Shown here: positions 18,973-28,807 of the stretch, one piece after another
Layout: each line of letters opens with the position of its first letter
Numbering within the stretch: the first letter of the stretch is position 1
Source: Candidatus Saccharimonadia bacterium
GTDB lineage: Bacteria > Patescibacteriota > Saccharimonadia > UBA4664
Assembly (NCBI GenBank): GCA_038251135.1
Contig: JBBSBR010000003.1
Span: forward strand, 1-53,236
DNA length: 53,236 nucleotides
Direction: 5' to 3'
Made by a program: the position numbers and the translations under genes
The notes under the pieces: model-generated
Database searches by the model: none
Told to the model about the DNA's origin: nothing
Seen by the model: the letters and a program-made list of their open reading frames with translations, nothing else

Positions 18973-19659
18973 ATGATCGAGCAACTATTTGGTTCGAAGA
19001 CCCGCGTGAAGCTCTTGAGCCTATTTTTTAATAACCCCGGACGGCCTTTTTATGTCCGTGAAATAACCCGCAAAATCGACGAGCAGATCAACTCGGTCCG
19101 TCGGGAACTGGCAAATTTATTGTCGATCGGACTGGTTTCGTCCGACAGTTCGAACAACCGCCTCTATTATGAAGTAAATCCAAAGTACGAATACTACGAA
19201 CAGCTACGGACCATATTTACTTCCATGCCGACCAAGAGCGCCGATCCGGTAATGCAGGAGACACGCGAAGAGGATCAGATTATCAAGAAACTTCGATCGA
19301 CCGGAAGCATCCAACTGGCACTGCTCACCGGTACGTTCGCGCGTGATGAGCGTGCCAATGTCGATATCTTCGTGGTAGGGGACGTCAATAAGGCGCGTCT
19401 GGCGAAGGTGGTTGCCGAGCTTGAGAAGGAAATGGGCAGGGAGCTCAATTACAGTTGTCTGACGCCGGCTGAGTACGACTATCGTATCGGTCTCAACGAC
19501 CGCTTCATAACCAACATCATGGAGTCAAAGAAGATAGTGGTGATCGACGGTCAGCACGAGAAGCCGTTGGTCCACAATGACGTGACGTTCGGTGAATTTG
19601 TTGAGGGTTCGCGGACCTCCCGCCGGGTGCCTATTTCGATCCGATTTCCCGGCCGCTAA
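18973..19659 (+). CDS. Winged-HTH plus nucleotidyltransferase-like domain protein (CPR-type)
   Basis: LFGSKTRVKLL..YVREITR..NSVRREL HTH, then TGTF..VDIFVVGD. Confidence 0.8.
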   Translation: MIEQLFGSKTRVKLLSLFFNNPGRPFYVREITRKIDEQINSVRRELANLLSIGLVSSDSSNNRLYYEVNPKYEYYEQLRTIFTSMPTKSADPVMQETREEDQIIKKLRSTGSIQLALLTGTFARDERANVDIFVVGDVNKARLAKVVAELEKEMGRELNYSCLTPAEYDYRIGLNDRFITNIMESKKIVVIDGQHEKPLVHNDVTFGEFVEGSRTSRRVPISIRFPGR

Positions 19660-19748
19660 CCAAAAGGCGCGGATCGAGTGGCGCGGACTCAAGTATAATC
19701 ATTAGCGGAAGGCGACATGAAACGTCGCTTGTAACATGAAAGGCAGTT

Positions 19749-20375
19749 ATGGATATTACATACCTAGGCGCAGGCAGCATAAAATTATCGGGTAAAAGCA
19801 TCAATATAGTCGTCGATCCGTTCGACGCCTCGGCCGGACTGGGAACCTTCACGACTAAGGCCGATGTCGCGGTCGTTACCGGGCCCGAAGGTTATGCCGA
19901 CGTGCCGGGGGCGTTGCTGGTGGACGGCCCGGGTGAGTACGAAGTGAAAGGGGCGATGATTACCGGCGTACCGGTACGGCTTCACATCGACGAGGACGGT
20001 ACTCGCGGCGCGGCTTACTCGATCGTTGTCGACGGGGTTAACGTCGTGGTAACCGGCGATATTGCCGGCAAGCTCGATTCTTCCGCGGTCGAGAAGCTCG
20101 GCAAGGTCGACGTATTGGTCGTGCCGGTCGGGGGCTTCGGCCTGACGCTCGACGCCGAAGGCGCGGCCGCGGTGGTCGCCCAGCTTGAGCCAAACTATGT
20201 CGTACCGGTGCACTTCGACGACGGCAAGACGAAGTACCCGATGCCGCAGGGCGGGGTGGAGCTTTTCTTGAAGGAGATGGGGGTCAACCCTGAGCCCGAG
20301 ACCAAGCTCAAAGCCAACGCCAAGGAGATGCCGACCGAAACTCAGGTAGCTCTGCTGTCGCGAGCCGGCGCCTAA
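19749..20375 (+). CDS. Metallo-beta-lactamase-fold protein (degenerate metal site)
   Basis: VVDPF, GPGEYEVKG, GD, VDVLVVPVGG, PVHF; canonical HxHxDH absent. Confidence 0.85.
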   Translation: MDITYLGAGSIKLSGKSINIVVDPFDASAGLGTFTTKADVAVVTGPEGYADVPGALLVDGPGEYEVKGAMITGVPVRLHIDEDGTRGAAYSIVVDGVNVVVTGDIAGKLDSSAVEKLGKVDVLVVPVGGFGLTLDAEGAAAVVAQLEPNYVVPVHFDDGKTKYPMPQGGVELFLKEMGVNPEPETKLKANAKEMPTETQVALLSRAGA

Positions 20376-20452
20376 CACCGATTGTCCAGTAAGCGTGTCG
20401 AGACATCCTGAATAGATCCTTCGACGGTCGCGCGGGATATGAAACTGGAATT

Positions 20453-20478
20453 AAAAATACCCCGAGAGGGGTATTTTT
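20453..20478. terminator. Bidirectional intrinsic terminator
   Basis: AAAAATACCCC-GAGA-GGGGTATTTTT between convergent genes. Confidence 0.9.
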
Positions 20479-20499
20479 GATGGGGAAGGCGTTTGAGAT

Positions 20500-20745
20500 T
20501 TAGGCTGCGACGGCCGGACTGTTCTTTTCGGCGGCGGCTACGGCCTTGGCCGCGGCTTCACGTTGGTACTTAGCGAGGGTACGAATGCACTGGGTGCACA
20601 TCTTAACCTGGATACGAGTCGTGCCCACGGTCAAACGCTGGCGCTGCAAGTTTGGGTGCCAAACTTTTCGCGTCTTCTTCTGCGAGAACGGTACGTTATT
20701 ACCGAACTGCTTGCCTTTATTACAGATGTCGCAGGCGTAGGCCAT
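20500..20745 (-). CDS. rpmB: 50S ribosomal protein L28
   Basis: CDICNKG..FGNNV..S..KTRK.W.PNLQ...CTQCIRT. Confidence 0.96.
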   Translation of the reverse strand: MAYACDICNKGKQFGNNVPFSQKKTRKVWHPNLQRQRLTVGTTRIQVKMCTQCIRTLAKYQREAAAKAVAAAEKNSPAVAA

Positions 20746-20837
20746 GTCGTAGATCCAACTTAGATAACTGTCAGATGATAGCAGGAATACTCGAGTGGGT
20801 CAAGGATTAGTGGGCGTAATAATGTACAATAGGAGCA

Positions 20838-21458
20838 ATGGATATACTAATTTCGGTTGTCGCCCTAATCATCGCCCTTACGCTTCACGAGTTTGCCCAT
20901 GCCCTGATGGGGGATTATCTCGGCGACCCCACTGCCCGTCACGCGGGGAGAATAAGCCTCAATCCGGCGGCTCATATCGATCCGTTCACGACGCTCGCCC
21001 TGCCGCTCTTATTGATACTGGCGCATTCGCCGGTAATCTTTGCCGCCGCCAAGCCCGTGCCGTTTAATCCCTGGGCGGTGCGCGGAGGAAAGTGGGGGGT
21101 AGCCATGGTTGCCTTTGCCGGGCCGGCCACCAATTTGTTGATGGCTGTGTTCTTTTCGGTCTGGCTCCGCTTAATGCCGGGCAACGTTTTGATGTACCAG
21201 ATTTTGGGATCCATGATTATTATCAATATCAGTTTATTCGTCTTTAACATGATCCCGTTCCCGCCGCTCGACGGCTCGCGTCTGCTCTACGCGGTCGCCC
21301 CATCCGGTCTGCGCGACGTCATGGATAGGATCGAGCGCGGCGGGATCGTGCTGCTATTTCTCCTTCTGTTCTTGGGATATCAGTTTATCGCACCCATAGT
21401 GGGTAAGATCACGGTCTTTATTTTGAGTTTTCTGTTCCCAGGCAGCCCACTGCCATAG
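20838..21458 (+). CDS. Site-2 protease (M50 family)
   Basis: HEFAH, AGPATN, FNMIPFPPLDG. Confidence 0.93.
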   Translation: MDILISVVALIIALTLHEFAHALMGDYLGDPTARHAGRISLNPAAHIDPFTTLALPLLLILAHSPVIFAAAKPVPFNPWAVRGGKWGVAMVAFAGPATNLLMAVFFSVWLRLMPGNVLMYQILGSMIIINISLFVFNMIPFPPLDGSRLLYAVAPSGLRDVMDRIERGGIVLLFLLLFLGYQFIAPIVGKITVFILSFLFPGSPLP

Positions 21459-21514
21459 ACCGAATGGTGGAGTTTACGCTTGGCGGGTCTTGGTTGTGAC
21501 CGTATAATGGAGTT

Positions 21515-21667
21515 ACCTCTGCGGTACTGGAGTTGGCTTATCATTTTTCTCTGTAAGATAACCAACGGGAACCCAAGATTGTCCTGGCCCGTGGGCCGAG
21601 TGACTGAGGGTACCCACCTGCTTTTAGCAGGGAAAAGTTGGCTTGCCGATACCGTATTCGCGGAGTC
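21515..21667 (+). ncRNA. ssrS: 6S RNA
   Basis: TATAAT at 21503; closing stem CTCTGCG/CGCGGAG; GGGAACCC...GAGGGTACCCACCTGC-TTTT-AGCAGGG resembles the Firmicute-type 6S core; downstream hairpin 21687-21717. Confidence 0.8.
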
Positions 21668-21766
21668 TGAATAATTTACGGACAGCGTAAGAGGGGGCCT
21701 ATGCGGTCCCTTCTTGCAATTTATGAGCGCGCTGGGGCATACTTGGTAGGTTCAAGTTAAACATTT

Positions 21767-21842
21767 CGGGGTGTGGCGCAGTTGGTAGCGCGTACGGCTG
21801 GGGGCCGTGAGGTCGCAGGTTCAAGTCCTGTCACCCCGACCA
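21767..21842 (+). tRNA. tRNA-Pro(GGG)
   Basis: CGGGGTG acceptor, anticodon arm TACGG-CTGGGGG-CCGTG, encoded CCA; hairpin 21841-21878. Confidence 0.96.
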
Positions 21843-22015
21843 GAGAAGAGACTTCACATCAGTTGAGTCTCTTCTCTGATTTAGTAATTACGATACCGTC
21901 GAGCATATTGTATGTAATTATGCTGTAATAAATACAACGCTAGAGAATCATTATTGAACTCAATGTACCGCTTATGATTGAAATTTAGCCTCAAATCTGC
22001 CATAATCAATCTTGT

Positions 22016-22516
22016 CAGTGCAGAAGATGACCGCGCCCGGATCTTTTAAAACCGCCATAGAGTGATGCAGTACAAGGAAGGCAGAGCATTTTCGAGAGCC
22101 GTACTCAAGGTACGGTGAGCGAAAAGCGCAATGCGTGACGAAGTAGTGCGCAGTCTATGGTGGTTTTACCCTGGGTGAGGAAAGTCCGGACAGCATAGAG
22201 CAGGACGGTTGCTAACGGCAACCGCAGGCGACTGTAGGGAAAGTGCCACAGAAACGATACCGCCGCGCGGTAATTACAAGATTACTTTACGCGGTAAGGG
22301 TGAAACGAGTGCGGTAAGAGCGCACAGCCGAACCGGGTGACCGGCAAGGGAGGTAAACCCCGTCTGCTGCAAGGTTGCTTTAACGCCCCGCAAGGGCTGT
22401 TGCTCGCAGGTTAAAGCGTACGTACCGCTCGAGGTTCATGGCGACATGGATCCCAGATAGATGGTCATCACGTGTACGATTTCGGTCGTGCATGGACAGA
22501 ATCCGGCTTACCACTG
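22016..22516 (+). ncRNA. rnpB: RNase P RNA (type A-like) with enlarged P3
   Basis: GAGGAAAGTCCGG, GAAAGTGCCACAGAAA, GGGTGAAAC, GGTAAACCCC, ACAGAATCCGGCTTA; promoter TTGAAA-17-CATAAT upstream. Confidence 0.96.
22047..22168. repeat. Palindromic insertion in RNase P helix P3
   Basis: Terminal IR TAAAACCGCCATAGA/TCTATGGTGGTTTTA, apical GCCGTAC-TCAAG-GTACGGT. Confidence 0.7.
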
Positions 22517-22591
22517 CTCTGGCAATGATATGATTCGCCCAATGCCTCAAAGCCTTGGGCGTTTCGTTGCAATAATCCCGCCTAGTGTACA

Positions 22592-24070
22592 ATGAGAAGG
22601 CAAATCAAAAACCATATGCGCAAACGCAGCGAACTCATTTTTAGCTTAATCTTGGTCCCCGTCGATTATTTCGCACTGGTGGCGGCCTTCGTGGCCGCCT
22701 ATATCGTCCGTGTGAAGATTGATGTCCGTCCGGTCGCCCACCCGGTCGAGGCTTTGACCTATCTCAAGTTCGCTTTGATTCTACTGCCAATCTGGATACT
22801 GATATTTGCCTTGGCAGGGCTATATAATCAGTCGAGCCAGCGGGGTCGGCTCGGTGAGCTCGGCAAGATATTCGTGGCAGTCTCGGGCGGAGTAATGTTT
22901 ACCATTCTGCTCGATTTTCTCCAACCGGTTCCGCTTTTTCCGTCAAAATCGATCCCGATCTATGCTTACGGCTTCGGTCTACTTTTTGTATCGCTGGCTC
23001 GTATAATTGTTAGGGCGATCCAGCGCGGTCTCTTTAGTTACGGCGTGGGCGTTTATCGCATACTGATTATCGGCAGCGGCGATCTCGCGCAAAAGATAGC
23101 CGCCGGACTTTCTCGGCCTCACAGCGGTTATAAGATTGTGGCCGTGATCGACATCGCCAAAGGTGCTGGTAAGCGGATGAAGGGGTATCCGGTCTATGAA
23201 TCGCTCGAGGCGGCATTACATGATCTGGTGGTCAAAGATATTGACGAGATCGTGCAGGCTGATTCGGCCCTCGAATCCGACGAGATTCTCGATCTGGTAG
23301 GCTACTCGACAAACCACCATCTGACGTATCGTTTCGTACCAAATCAATTCGGGGTCTATGCCGTTCGTTCGGAGATGGGCAATCTGGCCGGAATACCCGT
23401 CATATCCATGAAACGTACGGCTCTCGACGGCTGGGGTAGGATTCTTAAGCGCAGCCTAGACTTCGCCGGCGCACTCCTCGGCCTCATTATCTTGTCGCCG
23501 TTCTTCGCTATAATCTTTGTCATTATGAAATTCACCGACAACGGTCCGTTTTTTTACCTGCACCGCCGCCTGAGCAGATCGGGGGGTGAAGTACGCATTT
23601 ACAAGATACGCACCATGATCTGGAAGTATTGCCCGGGCGCCAGCCGTCCTTATAAGACCGCCCAAGAGGCGCTGACGGGCATGGGGCACGCTGATCTGAT
23701 TCCGGAGTTCGAGGCGGCACAGAAGCTCGAGCATGACCCTCGCGTGAGCCGATTGGGCGACTTCTTGCGTCGGACCAGCATCGACGAACTGCCGCAGCTC
23801 ATTAACGTCCTGAAGGGCGAAATGAGCCTCGTAGGACCGCGCCCGATCATCCCGGCCGAACTCGAACACTACGGCGAACAAGGATCGAGCTTCTTGGCGC
23901 TGAAGCCGGGCATCACCGGATTATGGCAGATATCCGGTCGGAGCGATCTGAGTTACCGTGAGCGCGTAAAGTTAGACATATTTTATGTCGAAAACTGGAC
24001 GCTGTGGTTAGATATCAAAATATTACTCAGAACGGTGGCGGTAGTTCTCGGTCGGAAAGGGGCTTACTAG
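22592..24070 (+). CDS. Polyprenyl-phosphate sugar phosphotransferase (WcaJ/WbaP-type initiating transferase)
   Basis: [56 protein letters not shown]. Confidence 0.94.
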   Translation: MRRQIKNHMRKRSELIFSLILVPVDYFALVAAFVAAYIVRVKIDVRPVAHPVEALTYLKFALILLPIWILIFALAGLYNQSSQRGRLGELGKIFVAVSGGVMFTILLDFLQPVPLFPSKSIPIYAYGFGLLFVSLARIIVRAIQRGLFSYGVGVYRILIIGSGDLAQKIAAGLSRPHSGYKIVAVIDIAKGAGKRMKGYPVYESLEAALHDLVVKDIDEIVQADSALESDEILDLVGYSTNHHLTYRFVPNQFGVYAVRSEMGNLAGIPVISMKRTALDGWGRILKRSLDFAGALLGLIILSPFFAIIFVIMKFTDNGPFFYLHRRLSRSGGEVRIYKIRTMIWKYCPGASRPYKTAQEALTGMGHADLIPEFEAAQKLEHDPRVSRLGDFLRRTSIDELPQLINVLKGEMSLVGPRPIIPAELEHYGEQGSSFLALKPGITGLWQISGRSDLSYRERVKLDIFYVENWTLWLDIKILLRTVAVVLGRKGAY

Positions 24071-25197
24071 TGGCTGAACAAAAAATTGCACTCGTTCATC
24101 ATTGGCTCACATCGCAGGGCGGAGCCGAGAAAGTGTTGTATGAATTACATCAAATGTACCCCGAGGCGCCTATTTATACGACTGCGTATTTACCCGAGAA
24201 ATTCCCGGAATTTGCCGATGCCAAGGTGCATACGACGTTTTTGAACTATATACCCTGGCTGCGCCGGCATCATCAGCTCTTTCCAATCTTTCTCGGAACG
24301 CCGTTCAAGACATTCAGGATGAATCAGTACGACATCGTGATCTCGTCTTGTGCGGCGGAGGCCAAGTATGTCCGCACCGGCGAGAACACTTTGCATGTCT
24401 GCTACTGCCACACCCCGGTACGCTACTACTGGACCGACTATGAGTGGCGCCTTCAGAATATGCCTTTCGGCTTACTCAATCCGATAGCGCGCATCGTATA
24501 TCCGGTTTTGATCGGGCTGCTGCGCAAGATCGACTACGCCGGGGCACAGGGGGTAGATGTCTACATTGCTAATTCCGAGCATATTAAGCGCCGCATCAAA
24601 CAGTATTATCATCGTGACTCCACAGTCATCTACCCGCCAATTTCGACCGAACAGTTTCTCGATGCTCCGTCGGGGAAGCGCGATTACTACCTAGTTCTCG
24701 GCCGTCAGGTAGCCTCAAAACGTCTGGATATTGCGGTAGACGCCTTCAATGAGCTTGGATTGCCGCTGAAAGTGGCCGGTACGGGCGAGGATATTGCCGT
24801 ACAGCGGCCCCGAGCTAAGGCTAACATTGAGTTTTTGGGCCGCGTGAGTGAAGAGGACAAGGCAGGGCTCTTAGCCGGAGCCAAGGGCTTCATCTTTGCT
24901 CCGGAGGAAGACTTTGGTATGACGCCCATCGAAGCCATGGCGGCGGGCTGCCCCGTAATCGCTTACGGGAGCGGAGGGGCGCTGGAGAGCGTAGTCGAGG
25001 GGGTGACCGGTACATTCTTTGGCGAGCAGACCTCGGCGTCGCTTATGGAGGCTGTGAAGCGGTTCGAGACGATGCCGTTCGACGAGGCAGTGATACGAGA
25101 ACATGCAAAGTCCTTCGATGCCTCGATCTTTAGGCAAAAGATAGCTGCGTTTGTGGCGAACAGCTGGGATAAGTTTCCGGGTAAGCGCGCTTCATAG
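24070..25197 (+). CDS. Glycosyltransferase family 4
   Basis: HHWLTSQGGAEKV, YCHTPVRY, EDFGMTPIEAMAAG; GTG start overlapping the upstream stop. Confidence 0.92.
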   Translation: MAEQKIALVHHWLTSQGGAEKVLYELHQMYPEAPIYTTAYLPEKFPEFADAKVHTTFLNYIPWLRRHHQLFPIFLGTPFKTFRMNQYDIVISSCAAEAKYVRTGENTLHVCYCHTPVRYYWTDYEWRLQNMPFGLLNPIARIVYPVLIGLLRKIDYAGAQGVDVYIANSEHIKRRIKQYYHRDSTVIYPPISTEQFLDAPSGKRDYYLVLGRQVASKRLDIAVDAFNELGLPLKVAGTGEDIAVQRPRAKANIEFLGRVSEEDKAGLLAGAKGFIFAPEEDFGMTPIEAMAAGCPVIAYGSGGALESVVEGVTGTFFGEQTSASLMEAVKRFETMPFDEAVIREHAKSFDASIFRQKIAAFVANSWDKFPGKRAS

Positions 25198-25379
25198 ACT
25201 CTTTTGTTTGATTTTTTATCGGGTGCCCTGAACGGGGCATTCTTCTATTTGAATAGAGAGGTGTTGATCCCTCCATATACCGCCCGAATCTGTCTTACAT
25301 CGAGTATATTTTCTCGGACATTCTCGGCTTTATACGCCCTTAGCCGACTCTTTTGAGGGGAAGAGGTTGTGTCATTTCG

Positions 25380-25436
25380 TATATACCAAACTTTGGTATA
25401 TATTAAGCGGTTTAAATATACCAAAGTTTGGTATAT
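25380..25436. promoter_or_regulatory. Tandem perfect palindromic operators ATATACCAAA-S-TTTGGTATAT
   Basis: Copies at 25381-25401 and 25416-25436, directly upstream of a PadR-like gene. Confidence 0.85.
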
Positions 25437-25445
25437 AGTAAATAC

Positions 25446-25805
25446 ATGGCAACTCTCTACGACGAAGGCGATCATTATTCGCTAACAAAAATCGATATTC
25501 GGGTGCTGCTTGCACTGCTGGGCGGCCCGCTAAACGGCTACGAGGTGGCGCGGCAGTGCGAACGTGACCACGATTGGGGTAATCGGCCGGTCAATATAGG
25601 CTCAGTGCAGCATTCAATCAAGAGTATGTTGGCACTTATGCTCATCAAGGAACTACCGGGCCGCACAGACGGCCCCGGCAAACCGAGTCGCACATTTAAG
25701 ATCACGACGGTCGGGCGGCAAGTCCTCGGCTGGGAGGTAGAGACAATGAAACATCAGCTGGAACTTATAGAAGAACGTTCTGAGTCCGCCAAAAAGCGCC
25801 CCTAA
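25446..25805 (+). CDS. PadR-family transcriptional regulator
   Basis: VLLALLGGPLNGYEV...GSV...RTFKITTVGR. Confidence 0.8.
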   Translation: MATLYDEGDHYSLTKIDIRVLLALLGGPLNGYEVARQCERDHDWGNRPVNIGSVQHSIKSMLALMLIKELPGRTDGPGKPSRTFKITTVGRQVLGWEVETMKHQLELIEERSESAKKRP

Positions 25806-25815
25806 GGGCGCTTTT
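25791..25815. terminator. Bidirectional terminator
   Basis: AAAAAGCGCCC-CTAA-GGGCGCTTTT. Confidence 0.85.
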
Positions 25816-25840
25816 ATCGTTCACGAGAGGGAAGGGTAAA

Positions 25841-26191
25841 TTACTTGGCGGCTTTGGCTGTCGCCACGACGGCTTCGAAGGCCTTCGGCTCGCGGACGGC
25901 GAGGTCGGCCAAGATCTTGCGGTCGAGGATGACGCCGGCCTTCTTCATCTGGCCCATAAAGGCCGAGTAAGAGATCCCGAACGGGTTCAGCGCGGCGTTG
26001 ATACGGGTAATCCAGAGCCCGCGAAGGTCGCGCTTCATGTTGCGGCGGTCACGGTACTGGTACATGAGTGCCTTGGTGACGGCCTGACGGGCCTGTTTGA
26101 CGCTCGAACGACGTACGAGGCTGTAGCCTTTTGTCTGCTCTCGCAGCTTCTTGTGTTTGGCGTGGCTGGTAACGCCTCGTTTAATTCTCAT
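25841..26191 (-). CDS. rplT: 50S ribosomal protein L20
   Basis: [33 protein letters not shown]. Confidence 0.98.
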   Translation of the reverse strand: MRIKRGVTSHAKHKKLREQTKGYSLVRRSSVKQARQAVTKALMYQYRDRRNMKRDLRGLWITRINAALNPFGISYSAFMGQMKKAGVILDRKILADLAVREPKAFEAVVATAKAAK

Positions 26192-26217
26192 AATTTACTT
26201 CCTTCTTTCTCTTCTGG

Positions 26218-26418
26218 TTAACGGTAGGATCCGAGCATCTTCTTGACGTTGGCGGTATCGCCAGCGGAGATTTCGAATTCTTTGACGTATTCGCGCTTAG
26301 CCGAGGTCGACTTGTGGGCGAGCATGTGGTTACGGTTGGCGGAACGACGGAGAAGCTTACCGGTGGAGGTAACTTTAATCCGCTTGGCCATTCCCTTGTG
26401 TGTCTTCAGCTTTGGCAT
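26218..26418 (-). CDS. rpmI: 50S ribosomal protein L35
   Basis: MPKLKTHKGMAKRIKVTSTGK. Confidence 0.97.
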   Translation of the reverse strand: MPKLKTHKGMAKRIKVTSTGKLLRRSANRNHMLAHKSTSAKREYVKEFEISAGDTANVKKMLGSYR

Positions 26419-26923
26419 CTTTCTTCATCCCTACTATCATATTAAGATCACGGCCGGTCATTATTGGAGATTGCTCCTGTACGGCAACGTCCGAGAGAGC
26501 TTCCATGACCCGGTCCAGAATTTCTCGTCCGAGTTGCGGGCGAGAAATCTCGCGGCCGCGGAAGCGTAGGCTTATCTTGACCTTGTCGCCCTGGTCCAGG
26601 AACTTGCGTGCCCGTTTCAGTTTGACGTCCAGATCGTGTTGGCCGATCTTGAGGCCGAGGCGAACCTCTTTGATTTCAACCTGCTTTTGATTCTTCTTGC
26701 TTTTGGCAAGCTGCTTGGTCTGTTCGTAACGGTATTTACCCCAATCGAGGATTTTGGCTACGGGAGGTTGGGCGTTGGGAGCGATTTCCGCCAGATCCAA
26801 TCCCGCCTCGGCGGCGGCTGCTAACGCTTCACTGAGCGTGACAACGCCGAGCTGTGAACCATCGACATCGACCAAACGTACTGTTTGGGCAGATATTTCT
26901 CGGTTCAATCGGATTTTATTGAT
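26375..26923 (-). CDS. infC: Translation initiation factor IF-3 (probable ATC start)
   Basis: RLNREI...VRLVD, PPVAKILDWGKYRYE, KVKISLRFRGRE; GAAGGAG 8 nt before ATC at 26923. Confidence 0.95.
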   Translation of the reverse strand: MNKIRLNREISAQTVRLVDVDGSQLGVVTLSEALAAAAEAGLDLAEIAPNAQPPVAKILDWGKYRYEQTKQLAKSKKNQKQVEIKEVRLGLKIGQHDLDVKLKRARKFLDQGDKVKISLRFRGREISRPQLGREILDRVMEALSDVAVQEQSPIMTGRDLNMIVGMKKDAKAEDTQGNGQAD

Positions 26924-26986
26924 CTGTCGTACTCCTTCAAAAGCTCCGTAGTAATATACCAGCAATGCCTACGTAAAGTCAACGGC

Positions 26987-27859
26987 TCAGGTTCGAAGTC
27001 CCATCGCCAACTTCTCGGTTATAAATTTCACGCGGCGATCGGTGAGGCGGATGGCGATCGGGGTGCGTGAGGCCACCTTGCCGTCGACCATGATCCCGGA
27101 GACCGGTTTGGTCTCGATTACGACGCGAACGGCCAGGAAGCGGGTGGTAGCCTCCTCTTCGAGGGGCGACGTTCCGTGCTTGATGAGCTGCCAGAGGTAG
27201 CTGCCGAGCTGGCGTCCGCCCGGGCGATCGCTGATCGAGACCAGGAGTTTATTGTCGGCGAGGGGGTTGATGAATTTCTGATTAGCAATTGAGAGCGAGA
27301 AGAGGTCGCATTCGAGGCTGAAATCATCGTCGGCTTTGATGACGGCATGCAGGCTTTCGAACGAACGGGCAGTGCCCCAGCCGCGGCGGAGCTGAGCGAT
27401 ACGCGCGCGCCAGCCGGTTGCCGCGATGTCGATGCGTTTGTCGAGATCGGTCTCGAAGCCGAGAGTGAGAGTCGATAGGAAGTATTGCTGGCCGGCGGCA
27501 ATCAGGCTAAACGACGACAGCCGACGGGCGGCCAAGACTTTGCACGCCTGTTGCCAGCTCTCGATTCCAAATTGACGGGCTAACCGATTATTGCTCCCCG
27601 TAGGTATTATACCGATTGCAACCTTCTCATCGCGAATGCCGTTCATAACTTCATTCACAGTATCGTCGCCGCCGACCGCCACGATCGTAGTGTGGCCTTT
27701 GGCGACCGCCTCGGCCGCCATCTTGGTGGCTTCGCCGGGTCCGGTCGTGTGAGCCCACTCGCCGCGGATACCAAGCTCATCCAGCCGCGAACGGATCTTC
27801 TCTTCGAGATGGGTGATTTGTCCGCGTCCGGCGGCGGAATTCACGACGTAGTAGTACAT
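26987..27859 (-). CDS. Diacylglycerol kinase-family lipid kinase (YegS/DagK-like)
   Basis: VNSAAG, VAVGGDDTVNEV, IIPTGSNN, VDG. Confidence 0.88.
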   Translation of the reverse strand: MYYYVVNSAAGRGQITHLEEKIRSRLDELGIRGEWAHTTGPGEATKMAAEAVAKGHTTIVAVGGDDTVNEVMNGIRDEKVAIGIIPTGSNNRLARQFGIESWQQACKVLAARRLSSFSLIAAGQQYFLSTLTLGFETDLDKRIDIAATGWRARIAQLRRGWGTARSFESLHAVIKADDDFSLECDLFSLSIANQKFINPLADNKLLVSISDRPGGRQLGSYLWQLIKHGTSPLEEEATTRFLAVRVVIETKPVSGIMVDGKVASRTPIAIRLTDRRVKFITEKLAMGLRT

Positions 27860-27865
27860 TGGTCC

Positions 27866-28249
27866 TTAATCCTCGTGATCTTCGGGAAGTCCCAGCTGCG
27901 GAGCTGAGATTACCCGGCTTCGACCTTCAAATTGGCCGCCGTTGGCAATGCTGAGGCCGGCCGACCCGACATCCCCGTGCACTTGACCGGATTCGGTGAT
28001 GGAAGCCTCGCCCTGCGCCAGGATATTGCCGGTAAGAGTACCGCCAACCACAACGTTGAGAGCCGCAATATTGGCCTTAATAACGGCATTAACGCCGAGT
28101 GTAACGTCACCGACGGTCTTGATGTCGCCGGTTACCTCGCCGTCGATAAAGATGTCGCCCTCGCTGTAAAGGTTACCGGTTACAACGACTCCCGGTCCGA
28201 TGATGGTGTCGGCTCCCGTTACTCCCAATGCGTCTGTGCGTCGTGCCAT
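27866..28249 (-). CDS. Bactofilin (polymer-forming cytoskeletal protein)
   Basis: TIIGPGVVVTGNL..IDGEVTGDI beta-helix repeats, FEG. Confidence 0.92.
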   Translation of the reverse strand: MARRTDALGVTGADTIIGPGVVVTGNLYSEGDIFIDGEVTGDIKTVGDVTLGVNAVIKANIAALNVVVGGTLTGNILAQGEASITESGQVHGDVGSAGLSIANGGQFEGRSRVISAPQLGLPEDHED

Positions 28250-28265
28250 GATCGTAAGGCTCCTC

Positions 28266-28754
28266 TTAGTCGGTTTTGGTCGGTAACTCGGGTATGCGCT
28301 TCTCGGCGAGGCTCAAAGCCTGTTTTTCCTCTTGAGAGAGGCTGTATTTACTCTCACCAAAGTCAACCGGCTTCACATAGACCCGCGTACCTTGTCGACC
28401 GTGGATGCTCGTCAGAACGTAGCCTGAATTGTGGGCGTCGAGGACGGCCAGGCTGAAGCTCTGATCGCCGCCGGTATCGCCAAAGGGGTTGAAACGGATC
28501 AGGGCTATCTTCTGCGAGGCGACGCTGTTGGTGACGGAGAGCCGCTCATATTCGGTTTCGAGCTCGCTGAGGCGCATATCTACCTCGTCCACCCGCTTGA
28601 GGTGTCCGGCGAGGGTTGTCTCGAGGGAGTGTTCGCTGACGCCGCCGAGAGCGGTCTCAAAGCGGCTCGTGAGACGCTTAAGTCTGACGATCGCCACGAT
28701 CGCGGCCGCTAGGCCCAGAATCCCTACAAGCAGGGCCGATATTGTAATTAACAT
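28266..28754 (-). CDS. DUF4446-family membrane-anchored protein
   Basis: N-terminal TM, RFNPFGDTGGDQSFSLAVLD, RVYVKP, LSQEE. Confidence 0.88.
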   Translation of the reverse strand: MLITISALLVGILGLAAAIVAIVRLKRLTSRFETALGGVSEHSLETTLAGHLKRVDEVDMRLSELETEYERLSVTNSVASQKIALIRFNPFGDTGGDQSFSLAVLDAHNSGYVLTSIHGRQGTRVYVKPVDFGESKYSLSQEEKQALSLAEKRIPELPTKTD

Positions 28755-28807
28755 ACGCTTAAAAACATCCGTTTCTTCGTTTTTAAGTATGCTACAATAC
28801 GCACATT

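Noticed and set aside
21480-21674. 64-aa ORF
   Set aside because: Coincides with the 6S RNA fold and its promoter
25245-25475. 76-aa minus-strand ORF as the PadR target
   Set aside because: Overlaps the PadR start and both operators, has a weak start and no motif
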